NCBI RefSeq assembly: GCF_036321535.1
Contig: NC_087436.1
Coordinates: 10,354,001-10,418,000 of the forward strand
Reading direction: 5' to 3'
Source of the DNA: Camelus dromedarius
Taxonomy: Eukaryota
Length of the DNA stretch: 64,000 bases
The translations under genes were made by a program, and so were the position numbers. The notes below the pieces were generated by a model. The model made no database searches and was not told where the DNA came from. It worked only from the letters and a program-made list of their open reading frames with translations. Within the stretch, counting starts at the first letter, position 1. Every line of letters starts with the position of its first letter. Shown one piece after another: positions 25,801 through 38,954 of the stretch.

Positions 25801-27062
25801 ATAAAATCAAAGTCAACCTTAATGTGAGAATGAAGATTTTTGTATTTCAGAATGTTTTAGAAGAAATCGTATCCCTTAATGCCACTTCTTTGACCATTGT
25901 AAACACATATTATAAAGACTTAAAATTATCCAAATTATTTAACTAATAATTCAAAATTTTTTTAAATGTTTCTATTTTGGAGTCAAGTTTCCTGCCATAC
26001 ACTTCTCTCATGTTTACTAGGATAATGAAAACATAAATGGCCATCTGATAAGCTTACTCTAGTCTCCTTCATTATAAAATAATCACGTATCTTCCTACTG
26101 CACGTAACAAGGCTCTAATTATATTGAAATGTTCAGTGTACAACATAAACCACAGAGACAAAATGCAAGTCCTACGCTCTTGGCACTGGGACATAAAATG
26201 TGTGTAAGCATTCGAAGCCCAGTTTTAACATTTATTTTTTTATATGTGCAGTAAAGAAGAAAGCCTAGATGAGAAGACTTTATGGTTCCGATTTCTCTCT
26301 AAATCAGTCAGGATGCAGCTCCTCTCTGCACTGTAGACCTTCGCAGTTCATTCTACCCTTAATGAAGTCTGAGGACAGAAATTGAGGGAGACCCTAAGGA
26401 AAGCCTCTGGTGAGTGATGAGTTCATGACCCGTGTGTCCTCGCTTCCATACCTGCCCCCGTGTTCTTGTTCACTGAGCAGGAGCCGGTTTATGTTCAGGG
26501 CTGCAGCATTCTCGTCCTGTCTCGGGGTGAATTAACCCTCCCCTGACTTAACATTCATTAAGTTTATTTGCCAAGGCTTGCCCAAGCTGAGTTTCTCTGG
26601 GGCACTGATTTTTAATCTGTAGGCTGAAAAACTTCCTGTAATCCATGCAAAATTGTCTGTTACACGTAGATACTTATTTTTCTGGGAAGAGGAATCCAGG
26701 TCTTTGTAAGATTCCCACGGAGGACTAGGGCAACAGAAGTTTAAGAATCACCTCTTTAGACAATTTTTGAATGACCTCCTCGTTAGCATTCTCCTGCCTG
26801 CTAAAAAACTTCACACACTGCATGTCACTTGACCGTTGGACCTTGTTTGGGGACATTTCATACCGGATAACAATGAAGTCGTTGTTATTAAGGACTCTGA
26901 TAACTCTATAACTCATGAGTCACACTGTTCTACTGGCAGAAAATTTAGTCCCAGATATCACACATTCTGTTCTAAGTACGTATTAAGTGTGCAAGTAAAT
27001 TAAAGGAAAAAAAAACATTAAAAATCTAGAGTCATACGATACCCATTACCCCATCTTTTTTT

Positions 27063-27478
27063 TTAACTAAAGTATTGTTGATTTACAATGTTGTGTTAGT
27101 TTCTGGTGCAGAAGTGATTCAGTTATACATATATATGTGTACATATATTCTTTTTCAGATTCTTTTTCATGATAGGTTATTACAAGATACTGAATATAGT
27201 TCCCTGTGCTCTACAGCAGGACCTTGTTGTTTATCTGTTTTACATAGAGTAGTGTGTATCTGTTAATCCCAGACTCCTAATTTATCCCTCCTCCTCCTTT
27301 CCCCTTTGGTAACCACAAGTTTGTTTTCTATGTCTGTGAGTCTGTTTCTGTTTGGCAAATAAGTTCATTTGTATCATTTTTTAGAATCCACATGTAAGTG
27401 ATATCATATGAGATTTTTCTTTCTCTGTCTGACTGACTTCACTTAGTATGATTTTATCTCTAGGTCCATCCAGGTTGC
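27063..27478 (-). mobile_element. Lineage-specific L1 3' fragment
   Basis: Typical cetartiodactyl L1 3' UTR (gttgatttacaatgttgtgttagtttctggtg...ccctttggtaaccacaagtttgttttctatgtctgtgag); TSD CCCCATCTTTTT (27049-27060 / 27479-27490). Confidence 0.9.
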
Positions 27479-28068
27479 CCCCATCTTTTTTGAAACCTGT
27501 CATTTTAAATTTTTTAGGAAGAAATAACACCATGCCAAGTCTACTTCAGTGCAGGTAATTAAGGCTAAAAATATATACCTTACTTCACCACAAGAACTAG
27601 ACCCATTCATTTCCCTATTTTCGGCCTGTGACTGACTCACCCCCTGAATCATATGTTCATTAAAAGAGTTACTGGGGGCTTCCTAGGTCTAGGAATTATT
27701 CCAGCACTTTGGGTTGTAATAGATGGCAATGCTATTTAGGAAGAAGAACTACCAGGAAGTGGCAATTTATAAGTTGTGAAAATGAGGGGAAAAGAAGAAC
27801 CTACTATTAGCAGGTTTCTTGCTTAGACAGCTGGTGGACGGAAGTGAAATCTACCAGGATAAGTAATATAGGAAGAAGAATATGTTAACAGGTAGAAAGA
27901 ACAGGCAGAAACTCTTTACAATATTTTCAAGGGCTGCCATGCTTACTTTATCGAACTAAGAGTTGACGTGAGACCACGGAGGAAAGATCTGTAAGGTTTC
28001 CACATTTGCTAATTCTTTAGAGAAAGCGTGGCATGCACGTGTATGGAAGGGGGTATAGAACTAGCCAT

Positions 28069-28480
28069 TGAAGGGGTTCAGAATGAGCCTCCCCAGGCTG
28101 TGCACTTCAGCAAGTGGATTAATTTGAGCTGAAGACCAGCAAGGCCCAAAGACTCTGGAAGAGCTTTTTATCTGCCTCTTAACTACCTAAAAGAATTTAG
28201 ATAAGGACCTGGCTTGGAGAAAGAACCATGATCAGTGGTAACTTTTATCTGCGTGATCTATGGGCATGGCAGGGCAAACATCTAACACCTATCTGCCTTT
28301 GAGGTCCCCAGGCTCCCACCCCATTCCTAAGCTCAGGACGCAGGTAGCCTCTACTGCTCAGCTTGCCCGTATTATGTATTTAAATTTGGTTTTCTCCTGT
28401 TAATCTGTTATGTATCAACCTAATTAACAGACCAGCCAAAAGAACCTAGAAGGGTAGGGGAAAATTGTTCCTCTCCAACA
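28069..28480 (+). mobile_element. Solo ERV1 LTR, MER34-like
   Basis: TGAAGGGGTTCAGAAT...CCTCTCCAACA; shares aaggccca.agactc.ggaaga and agaccagcca..agaacc with 12184-12752. Confidence 0.8.
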
Positions 28481-28776
28481 CATTTCTTTTTCACTCTGAG
28501 AAAACTCATCTTTGAAGTGAAAATTATTCACCCACTGGGATTAGAAATATTCCTAAGATCTACCTGTCTCTGAATATTATGTGGTGGCAAGGTCTCAAGT
28601 TCTCTGTGACAGCTACGTGTAAACGTGTCAATAGAAACCCCACGAGGGGTTATAAGGTTATAGTCTCCAATGGAAAGTAGCCACAGAGGTGAGTCAGGGA
28701 GTGAGTATTACTAGTTTCAACCGCTTCCCACTTTGTTTGTTGCAGGCTGTTATTATGACACCATAACTGGGACCAA

Positions 28777-29800
28777 CAGTACGATGCAGCTGGCTTGTAC
28801 TGGCTCATGAGAGCCTACTGTTAAAGCTTCAGGAATATTATGACCACTTGTTAATCATGGACATTATTAGGAAGTTAAATTATATAAAGTCGCAGTTAAA
28901 TAAGTTACATTAAACCAAAAATAATAAACACTCACCCTCATAATTTCTTAATTTTTTACTACATTTTACTGTTACTTAAGCTCTTGAGGTTATTTATGTC
29001 TGTTTATAACTGTATGGTGGAAATAGTCTATAATGATGTTTACTACTGTGCCTCTTTTCCCAGCTCTGCATTTTTTCAGTAGGGAGGTAATTGGTTTATT
29101 TAGTATTTATTTATTCTTAGAGGAGGTACTGGGGATTGAACCCAGGACCTCATGCATGCTGAGCACGTGCTCTATCACTTGAGCTTTTACCCTTCCCCGT
29201 TCCCCAGCTCTGCATTTAACAACATTTAACACTGGTAGCTTGACATCAGTCGTGGCGAGAGTATACCACTGAAATTAGCAAATGCCACAAATCAAGCTGC
29301 ATTGTTTCTTTGATTGTTAGATTTAAGATCACAGAGAAAATGGAGATTGTTTTGTCTGTAGCCACCACAGTTTGAGTAACATAAACAGTGAGGTGATGTT
29401 ATTCCAGTATTTGACGACTATTAGCCAATTTACCAAAGAAAACATGCATCCCTGACCACTGATGAAGGCACGACATTCGAGGCTACAAGTTTTTATGTTT
29501 CACTTCCATCCGACGGTCAAACGAAACAAGAGCACCGACCAGCACTTCTGTCAGAACAACACTCATCTGGCAACGGCAGCCATAGGTTGGCTATGGCTAT
29601 AACATATCACGAAAATCAATTAAAGCATTCTATGATAATCAATTGACCATATGGAATTCACAATGAAAGTATTGCCTATTTTATTACTACTTGTAAATTG
29701 TGTGCCACTGATCACTGACAGCAGGAACGTTTGTATTAAGTGTATATGTGAGCACGTATGTAGATTTTTTTTTTCGGTGAGTACCTGCTAAACACCACTA
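28777..29800 (+). mobile_element. MER63-family (hAT-Blackjack) DNA transposon
   Basis: gctggcttgtactggctcatgagagcc.actgttaaa...ttttactacattttact...gctcttgaggttattta...aaacaccacta. Confidence 0.8.
29074..29202 (-). mobile_element. Vic-1-like SINE inside MER63
   Basis: Antisense tRNA-Ala-like head; perfect 15-bp TSD CCCAGCTCTGCATTT (29059-29073 / 29203-29217). Confidence 0.9.
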
Positions 29801-31712
29801 TCTCAGACGTAGAACCAACGGCTTGACCATTTTCATGGCGTACAAATAGCAAAACTTGGAGCTAGCTGACTGTATTCTGAAATAACTCCATAAATATTCA
29901 TGGAATATTCCCTAGCTCTGCAGTCATCATTTTAAACTGATATATTAAAAGCAAATGAGATGGGTAATTAAAAGTAATAAAATTATATTATTCATATGAC
30001 ACTTTATTGAATCTGTTTGCTCTCTTGTGTTAGATAAAGTTTTCTCAAGTCTGAGTTGCTTCTCAGATTAGGGGCTACAGGAGATACCTTATATTTATGT
30101 GGAATTTTCAGCTTTTGTACATTTTTACATATCATCCCATTGACCCTCATAAAACTGGTGAATAGATAGGAAAGTATTATTACCTTAAGAGACACAGCTG
30201 GGGATGCTGAACTTTTGTTCAATGCACAGCTATTCCTTGCCAGAGCTGAGAACAGAACTTAGGACTGTCAGTTGAATCTGCTATTAAAAATAGCCACTGC
30301 CTCTCCACACAGATTCTCTTCTTCTGCATAACTGCTGACTGTGTGCCAGGTAAGAGGAATACAATGGACAGAAGTGGTAAGAACAATGACGCTGGAGAAG
30401 GGAGGTCTGCAATGGATTTCAGAGAAGGAATTTTTTCTCCCTGTGTTCTGAATCCTGAGCGACACATTTAAGATTGCTTTTTGCCTTAATTTATGTTGTG
30501 AGTTCCTTTTAATGATTATCAATAGTTCTCACACGAGTATGCAATCATAATAAGAGTCAAACTCCAGCAATTTCCTGACAAGTTATAAAACAATAAAAAT
30601 ACTCCTAAATGGTGTATCACTGAAGATGAGATTTTTAAACCCAGAGGTGTGGTAACACCTATAAATCATCTAAGCATTCCTCTTGAGATTTCTAGTCTCA
30701 CCTGGAGAAATGGAAGGAAAAATGCATCAAGAAAACGTCATCCAGAGAAAACAAATGTAACCTTGGAGAAAATAAGAAGTCTTATAATGCTTATGTAAAT
30801 TAGAGAAGAGGACGCTCATCTGTCTCAGTGCTTCACATCCCGTATTTGTGCTTTACCCACAGTTCTAAAGGTTTGAGAATGGTATGAACAATAAAATATA
30901 AGTGGCTGATCACAGCTTCTCAAGAAATATTCAAATATTCAAATGGACGATCTAATGCAGGTCTATGTCATGTCCTAAAATGAACCACTGGGGAAGAAGA
31001 CAGGATCTGAAGTTTAGAAGCTCAATCTCATCAGGTCAGACTTAAAGAGGAAAAAACAGGTAGGATGGAACCCTGTACCTTTTAATAAACTGACACATGG
31101 CAACTTCGCTCTGCTTCTGAGCAGCTGAGCATTACTTGCAGGTGGGTTATCAGTACACCTGGCTTATTCTATGTTCTATATAGCGGTATGAGATATGGCT
31201 AGCTGTCAGAATAGGCTCATGGTGGGTATTTTCCCACCAAGAACCTCAACTTGATGGGGAATGCTCCCACAGGGAATGCTCCCCTTTGCTAAAAACAACA
31301 ACAAAACCCAAACAGATGAGACTAGAAGAGCAAAACAAACAAAACAGTGCCCCAAGATCTTTGGCCTGGTTCTTCTTAGCAGAGATGAGACAAAGAAGAT
31401 TTTCAAAACCACTTTTAAATAAAACCAACCACAACCGTATTGATTTCCAAGCACACATTTTTGACTTTCAATAACTAACTCTAAGAGGCAGGATCAAATT
31501 CACCAGACTCAGGTTCTTTCTGACTTTCCTGCACTACCCTGTGTGTCAGCTTTCCAAAGGCGCTAGTTTATCTGTGACCACATCACAGGTCCTTAAAGAT
31601 GCCGCCTGCCCGGACTGTCAGCCCTGCTCCACTCTCACTGTCCACCATTTCCCACTGGTCCACCACCCACCACACGCTGGGGCGCCCGGCCGTGGATGGA
31701 AACGCCTTTCCC

Positions 31713-31722
31713 CCAAATAAGG
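31713..31722. promoter_or_regulatory. Consensus CArG box (candidate SRF site)
   Basis: CCAAATAAGG fits CC(A/T)6GG and lies in a locally CpG-retaining patch; function unproven. Confidence 0.3.
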
Positions 31723-32164
31723 GAGAAACCTGTCTCCCTGCAAGTTAATGCACTACAATCCTTCGCTCAGTTACAGAAACACTGAACCCTACAGATCACG
31801 TACCTAATCACAGGAAGTGCCCTCAGAGAGATGACGAAACATTTTCTTCATTTTTCGAGCTAGATGGATTATTTATCTTTTGATAACAAAAAGAAATCGT
31901 TTGGAATTTCGCAGTCTGTCTCCAAGCCATAGTTTTATGAAATGTCAGAGTTTTCTCTATCTTCTTGCATCTACTATAAACACGTTGCGACTTTTATGTA
32001 TACGTGAAAAAAGCTTTCCTCGGGGATTTTTCTAACCTATAATTCCAGTGAATAGGTAGACTGTTGTTATTGGTGGTAAAAGTAATAATTACCCTATACC
32101 AAGCATTTTGACATACGATTTTTAATTATCTCATTTAATCCTCATGAAACATCTTCAGGATCTG

Positions 32165-32165
<1 letters not shown>

Positions 32166-32208
<43 letters not shown>
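32166..32208. repeat. (GTT)n microsatellite within a MIR relic
   Basis: About 14 GTT units. Confidence 0.95.
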
Positions 32209-32619
32209 TGGATGGGGAGGCTGACAGGTGGAAAAGTTAAACGTCTCACTCAAAGAGATATAGCCTGTCATTGTTGGAGATCTGCCTGATGCTAAGTTTC
32301 CTTAGGCATTCCACTCATTCTCATTGGGAATGAAAGGCAATCTGGACAGATGAACCAATGAAAATCTGGTTAATTTTTGTTTCACTTAGTTATCAGCAGA
32401 AAACACATAATGCCTTGTCTTCAGCCCCAGTATTGCCGTTTCTGACCCAGCAGTGACATCAATGTTATGCTAGACTTTTTTCCTGCCCCAGTATTCTGAT
32501 CTATCCTCATCTACAGATTGAGTGATTTTTATCTGCTCCCTCAGGTTAACATTACAAAATTTGCTTTTACTTCTTCTGTATCATTTAGTATAACTAGACC
32601 TTAAAATGATCTTTTCTTT

Positions 32620-32898
32620 TTTTTTTAGTTGAAGTACAGTCAGTTACAATGTGTCAATTTCTGGTGTACAGCATCATGTTTCAGTCACACATATACATAC
32701 ATATATTTGTTTTCATATTCTTTTTCATTATAAGTTACTATAAGATATTGAATATAGTTCTCTGTACTATACAGTAAAAACTTACTGTTTATCTATTTTA
32801 TAGAGAATAGTTGGTATCTGCAAATCTCAAACTCCCAATTTATCCCTTCCCACCCCCTCCCCCTGGTAACCATGAGTTTGTCTTCTATGTCTGTGAGT
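32620..32898 (-). mobile_element. Lineage-specific L1 3' fragment
   Basis: ttgaagtacagtcagttacaatgtgtcaatttctggtgtacagc...cctggtaaccatgagtttg. Confidence 0.85.
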
Positions 32899-33109
32899 TT
32901 AAAACAGTCTTTTCTTAGAAGAAAAACAAACAAACAAAAACAAAAACAAAAACAAAAAACTAAAAATAAAAGAACCTAATTTTATGTAATTTATAAATGT
33001 CACTACCAATGTCTGTAGCTGTACATTGCCATCAACTCCTTTTACCAAGTAGGAAATTTGGGTGTCTACCCATTTGGCTTAACACTGTCTAGAAGAATCA
33101 CAATTCACG

Positions 33110-33285
33110 GAGTAGGATGTAAGTTTTCTCACCCAAAAAAATAAATGAATGAAGGATGTGAGGTGATGGATGTGTTAATTAACCCGATGGGGGAACCCTT
33201 CACAATGTATATCAAATCACTACGGTGTACACTTACTGATCTTACAACGCAGTGACATTTATGCCACAATCTGAAATTTTAAAAA
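33110..33285 (+). mobile_element. Old L1MA-type 3' terminus
   Basis: atgtgaggtgatggatgtgttaattaac...ttcacaatgtatatcaaatcac. Confidence 0.7.
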
Positions 33286-34269
33286 GGTAGGGGAAGAACT
33301 AGAAAAAAGTTATAATTATCACTGGAAAGTGTTACACTCCTCTTCTTGAAAAGAACACTTTGAACCAAACTTCAGTGGAGGTTACTCACAGGGACACCTT
33401 CCCCTGGCTGTATCACAAAATTGTGAACATTCAAATTTGATTCACGCTAGGGAGAAGTGTGGGTAGTTCTACTCCAATTTTGAGGGGAAAACAGAACAGG
33501 AAAAGTGCTTTCCAACAGGGAAGGCCATTCAGTTGCCCTAAATCAATAAAGTCAGGAAAAAAGTTTGAAGTGTTTTATCAGTACAGTGCTGCAGTAATTT
33601 CCACCTTTTTCTCCAGTAACACGTGGGTAATTTTTGTTTTGCAAGAGCCTGAATAAATGTCAAAGATGGAGTGAGTCATCTGCAGTACAAGGCTTGTTAT
33701 GAAACTCTATTCAGCATAACCTTTTGCACTTTGAAGTGAATTTCTGAAAATTCTACAAAACCAAATCGAGCCTCATCGCTTTGATTTGCATCTTGACAGG
33801 CAGCAAAGTAAGAATTTAAAAGTCAACAATTTTTCTGCCTGTACAATAGGATGAAACTTCCAATACTTTTTCTTTAAGCCGTTAACTCTTCAGTTGACAT
33901 TAAATCCCTGTATCTTAAATGTCTGGACATCTTAATGTCTACAATAATGCTGAAGACAGTTAGTGTGAATGTATATCTTAAGCCGCACACTCTGTGGAAA
34001 GTCAGGCGAATCATAAGGCCTGTTTTCCCTCAGGCAGCAAAAGGCAACTGTAGAGAAAGCTGTTCTATTGTGCTTTTTAAAAAGCAGACCAGCATATTTT
34101 AACAAGTGCCTTATAGCTTTATATAAATTTATACGTTAAATATTTAATAATTAACATGAACAAACAAACTTCTGATCTAGCCATGTCTATGTGTCTATCC
34201 CCCCAAATTAAGGAAAACAAACAGCTAGACAAGCAATAGAGCAGGAGTAAAATAATATAAGAAATAATA

Positions 34270-34480
34270 TAAATTGTGTACTTTCCATGGTCCCAGTCAT
34301 GTGCCAATCATTTAACATATTTTATTGCATTTTATCTTCACAAAGAAAAATCTATGAGGTTGCTTCATCCCCTTTTTCAAAGGAGGAAACTCAGATTTAG
34401 AGGATTTAAGTTGTCAAAATGGTGCCACACCGCTAGAGTCAAACCCATGTCTGTCCACTCTGGTGACCATGTCTAATTCT
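34270..34480 (-). mobile_element. MIR SINE
   Basis: tttatcttcaca...ctatgaggt...catcccctttttcaaaggaggaaactcagatttagagga. Confidence 0.7.
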
Positions 34481-34652
34481 GCTCAGGGGCACTGTTTTTC
34501 CAAATAAACCCTGTGACAGATGTGAGAATAAATCAACAGTGTTCAGGCCAACTTTAATAGAGTGACTAAAACCCTGCTCAGTAAACCATTTCTTCTGGAA
34601 TGGCCTCTGGATGTGAGAAATTAGCAGTCACTGGGATAGCTTATTTTCACAC

Positions 34653-35110
34653 TTTATGTTATTGAGATATAGTTGTTCAATATTATACGTTTCAGGTGTA
34701 CAATACAGTGATTTACAATTTTTAAAGGTTATATTCCACTGACAGTTATTATAAAATATTGGCTATACTCCCTGTGTTGTACACTATATACTTGTAGGTT
34801 ATTTATTTTATATGTAATAGTTTGTACCTCATAATTCTCTACCCCTATCTTGCCCCTCCCCCCATCCTTTTCCCCACTGGTCACCACTAGTTTGTTCTCT
34901 GCATCTGTGAGGTTTTCTTTGTTGTTATTATATTCATTACTTTGTTTTATTTTTTATATTCTACATATAAGTGACATCATACAGTATTTGTCTTCCTCTG
35001 TCTGACTTATTTCACTTAGCAAGATACCCTCCAAGTCCATCCATGTTGTTGCAAATGGCAAATTTTCATTTTTTACAGCTGAGTAGTATTCCGTTGTGTG
35101 TGTATGTGTA
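34653..35110 (-). mobile_element. L1 3' fragment
   Basis: ORF 34954-35202(-) contains LPFATTWMDLEGILLSEISQTE (L1 ORF2 end) plus 3' UTR. Confidence 0.9.
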
Positions 35111-35144
35111 TTTATATATAGATATACAAAATATCTATTTTTTA

Positions 35145-35312
35145 TCACAAATCTATAATGGATACACCCACAAAAAGAAAAAGGAATCCAAACATAACAC
35201 AAAAAACCTACAAAAACAATTCCAAAACAATGAAAAAAATGACAATGAGAATGTATATATCGATAATTACTGTAAATGCAAATAGACTGAATGCTTCAAT
35301 CAAAGGGATAGA
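35145..35312 (+). mobile_element. L1 inter-ORF / ORF2 start fragment in opposite orientation
   Basis: Translates to MTMRMYISIITVNANRLNASIK, similar to the L1 endonuclease N-terminus (ISIITLNVNGLN). Confidence 0.75.
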
Positions 35313-35314
35313 TA

Positions 35315-35445
35315 ATTTTTTTTAAATTGGCATATAGTCAGTTTACAATGTTGTGTTAATTTCTGGTGTACAGCATAGTGACTCAGATATATATATATAT
35401 AGATTCCTTTCATTATAGGCTATGACAAGATATTGACTATAGTAC
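35315..35445 (-). mobile_element. Short lineage-specific L1 3' terminus
   Basis: tatagtcagtttacaatgttgtgttaatttctggtgtacagcatagtgactcag. Confidence 0.8.
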
Positions 35446-36309
35446 CACAGAGACTAGATCACCAGCTACTAGAGATCAGTGGTCAGGGAATCATTGTGTA
35501 CATATTTAAAATCACACTGTAAATGATTTAAGACTTAAAATTGTCTTCAAAATGCTCAGATGGAAAAGAAAGAATTGTGTCTTATAAGGATGGCAAAATG
35601 CCTAGTTGAAGTTACTCAGATGCACACTTAGTTTAGTTGCTAGATTACCTTAAAAATAACTTCAAAATAAAACGTAAATTCAAAGGAGGCATTATTATTG
35701 GTGATACAGAGGCATGGTTGTCAGAATAAATTTTTCCTCACTGAAAACACACACATAGTCACAATACAGTGATGGAGATTTACACAGGCCCTGAGAAAGT
35801 TTCCGAATCAGATTTTTATTGATCTGTCTCATTTGTTCAGAGAAAGGGATGACACGCTATTTAGCAGAGATATTTGCCAGAAGCAAAGACCCACTAAACT
35901 GGCTGGAAAAAAATGGAGTGGGGTTGGAGAGAGTATGTCATTGTTCATGAGAAATGCAGAGGATGAAATTTTTTAAAGAACATTCTTTTTTACAGTTTTT
36001 ATCAGACAGTTACAGTCATTTAAAAAGTAGAAGCATTGTTCAGGCTTATAAAGAGATGAGTATTAACCAAGACCTCACAAATTAAAGAGTCAATTACTGC
36101 AAAGTTAAAACTGAATTAAGCAGTGATTGAAAAAAGTTGCACTTACAGAATAATTAATGTTTAGATAATTTTAACAAAACATAAATCATGCTCTAACTTT
36201 CATAACATATTTTTATGGATATACATTTATTCTATTTTTATAAGAAAAAAGTGACTGAGTCCTATGCTAAACACACTTTCAGTTATTTCTTTTCTAGACA
36301 AAGACCCAA

Positions 36310-36540
36310 CCACCAATCTCCAAGCTTCAGATCCAGGGGAGATTTCGTGCATTTAGCATGTCTGGGGACACTTTTTGTTGTTATGACTGGGGAAGCGGCG
36401 GGGGGGGGGGGGCGCTATTGGCATCTGCTGAGTAGAGACCAGAAATGTTATTAGCCATTCTGCAGTGCACAGCACAGAGTCTCACAAAGAAAGAATTAGC
36501 CTATCCAAAACATCAACCGTGCTGAGGCTGAGAAACCCTG
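36310..36540 (+). mobile_element. MER20 (hAT-Charlie)
   Basis: atgtctggggacactttttgttgttatgactgggg...gctattggcatct...gtgctgaggctgagaaaccctg. Confidence 0.75.
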
Positions 36541-36967
36541 CCTTTTGAATAACACAAGATTCAGTTGAGGAGCCTGTTAAAAATACAAGATCTTGGGGCT
36601 GCTTCCAGCTGGTCTGATCTCAATGGTAGAGATGGAATTCAGGAATTGGTACCAGGTTACTTTCCTCAGGTTCCATTCCAAAATATAACCCTCCCTCAGG
36701 TTATATTTTGACAAACATCAGACCTGGGTCTGTAGTTACTTCAATCAAGGTCAAGCCAATGCCACAAGGTGACCATAATCTAATTTACAAGAATTGTGCC
36801 TGAGAAGAATTACCCATTTCAATAGGGCTAGTCATGCAACTACAACTTCTAGTTGAATTTCTTCAATTATATCCACAAACAGCTTTGAGGCATTTCTTGG
36901 GGATTGGTTAGACTCTCAAGCCCCAACCCAGACCTACAGACCAACCGTCTGCGTTTTCATAAGATCT

Positions 36968-37128
36968 GTTTTTCTTTTTCCATTTTCATATCTTTTTCAT
37001 GAAAGCTTATCACAAGATATTGAATTTGGTTCCTTGTGCTATATAGAAGAAACTTGGGTTTTTTAAAAAATCTATTTATATATATAGTAGCTAACATCTG
37101 CATATCTCAAACTCTAAAATGTATCTGA
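36968..37128 (-). mobile_element. Lineage-specific L1 3' UTR fragment
   Basis: cacaagatattgaatttggttccttgtgctata...tagctaacatctgcatatctcaaactc. Confidence 0.7.
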
Positions 37129-37324
37129 TCTCTGGCTTTTATAAAAATTTAAATGAAATAATCCATCTGAAGCATTTAAATATAGTGTCTAGCATACTCA
37201 TTCACTGTTGGGGTGATGGTGCTGGTGGTCATGATGACAGTACAAATGGGACACCAAGAAGAGGATGAAGACTGGAAACATCTTAACAAAAAGAGTCCTA
37301 AAAAGAGATAAGCACAGATTTAAA

Positions 37325-37873
37325 GTCATCGGTCTTCTATTTCTGTGTAACACGTTGCTACAAACTAAGTAGATGAAAATATCCATTATTATCTCACGGT
37401 TCTGCTGAGGTGACTGGGTTTTCTGCTGAGGGTACCACAAGCCTGAAACCAGGAGCCAGCCTGGTTTGTCTGGAGGCTCCAGAGAAAAGTCCACTCCTGG
37501 GTTCCTGTTTCTTGTGGGCAAAGTTCAGTTCCTTGCGGATGTGTTCCTTGAAGGCTGTCAGCTGAGGGCTGCTCTCAGCTACCAGAGACCACTCACATTC
37601 CTTGCCAATGGGCCCCTCCATCTTCCAGTCAGCAATAGCCCACTGAACCCTTCTCATGCTTTGAATCTTTGACCTTCCCTTCTCCAGAAACCAGAGAAAA
37701 GTCTCTGCTTTTCGCATGCGATTAGGTTAGGCACCCAGATCACCTCCTTTTCCTAGTCAACCATCCCATACAATAACAATTATCATGCAAGTAAAATCCA
37801 TGTATTCACATCCCTGGGGATTATGCAGGGGGTAGGGAATCTTGGAGGACATATGAGAATTCTGCCTGTCACA
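37325..37873 (-). mobile_element. MaLR LTR (MLT1E-like)
   Basis: ctatttctgtgtaaca...tctggaggct...ggcaaagttcagttccttgcgg...gggaatcttggagg...agaattctgcctgtcaca. Confidence 0.8.
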
Positions 37874-38915
37874 CAGAGTCCCTGCAGTGACGAGCCCCAC
37901 ATGGGAGGGCAACCTCTGTGGCATCAGAAAAGGGAAGGAGGCAGAAGGTGTGCAGGAAGCTCAGAAATCTGGCCGTGCCTTGGAGGATGCCTGCAGACCT
38001 CTATTCTATTTGTCAAGTAAGTATTTAATTTGCTAAAGGTGAACGGAAGGTTTCCGTTTCACAGCTTTAAGGGGACTGTAAATTTTAAGGCAGCTGCTAT
38101 AGACATTGGAGGAGAAGTCTAACAGAAAAAAACAAAGAAATGTTGCTGGACGGTGCAGAGATGCCAGCAGGAGGCAGATGTGCCTCAGAGCCTTAGGGGA
38201 GCAGAGATGCGCTGCGGGGGAGGGGTGGTTGTGGACCTGACCTGCCCCCAGGTAACTGGGAGAGGAGGAAGGAGCAGCCTTCCTTTCACAGGACCGCTGA
38301 GAAATGAGCCTTCTCAAAGGGGGCCAGGGCACTGCCAAGCCAGGATACCTGGAGGAGAAATCTGCTAACTTCTTGTTTCCTCTTTATTGTAAAATGAATG
38401 TGAAGTAAAGAGGATCTTACATCCCGTGAGCCTCAGGATTTTAAGTAGGGTGATGACAACCCTGAATTAATTTTTTTCAGACTTTGATAAGCCACGGAAT
38501 GACAGGGCTTCATCCTGCTCCCCGGAGCTCTGGGACCAGTGCTGGGTCTGCCCGGCTATGATGAAGGTTCTAATGATGTTCAAACAACACAGAACAGGGG
38601 AAATGCTTTTATCTTCTCTCTTCACTTCATTATAGGTGAGAGGCTGTGAGGTCTGAAGCTAACATAGGCAATGGGAGACCCCTGATTTGTCGTCTGTCTC
38701 GCAGGCTCACGACCTTGGGGCTGCTCTGGTCCTCACACCTTCCTCCCTGGAGCCGCGGCTTCACCGCCACGCGGGAGGGTGAGGTCCTTACCATCGGGCC
38801 TCTCCGTGAACAGGACGCTGCCTCACCTGGGGTTTAGGTTGATGTTCTGCTTTTATTTACTGAATAATAATCTAAGACAATGTTAAACAGGTTCCCATTA
38901 TATAACTGTAGTCTT

Positions 38916-38954
38916 GTAGTAGTAGTAGTAGTAGTAGTAGTAGTAATAATAATA
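38916..38954. repeat. (TAG)n/(TAA)n microsatellite
   Basis: gtagtagtagtagtagtagtagtagtagtaataataat. Confidence 0.9.
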
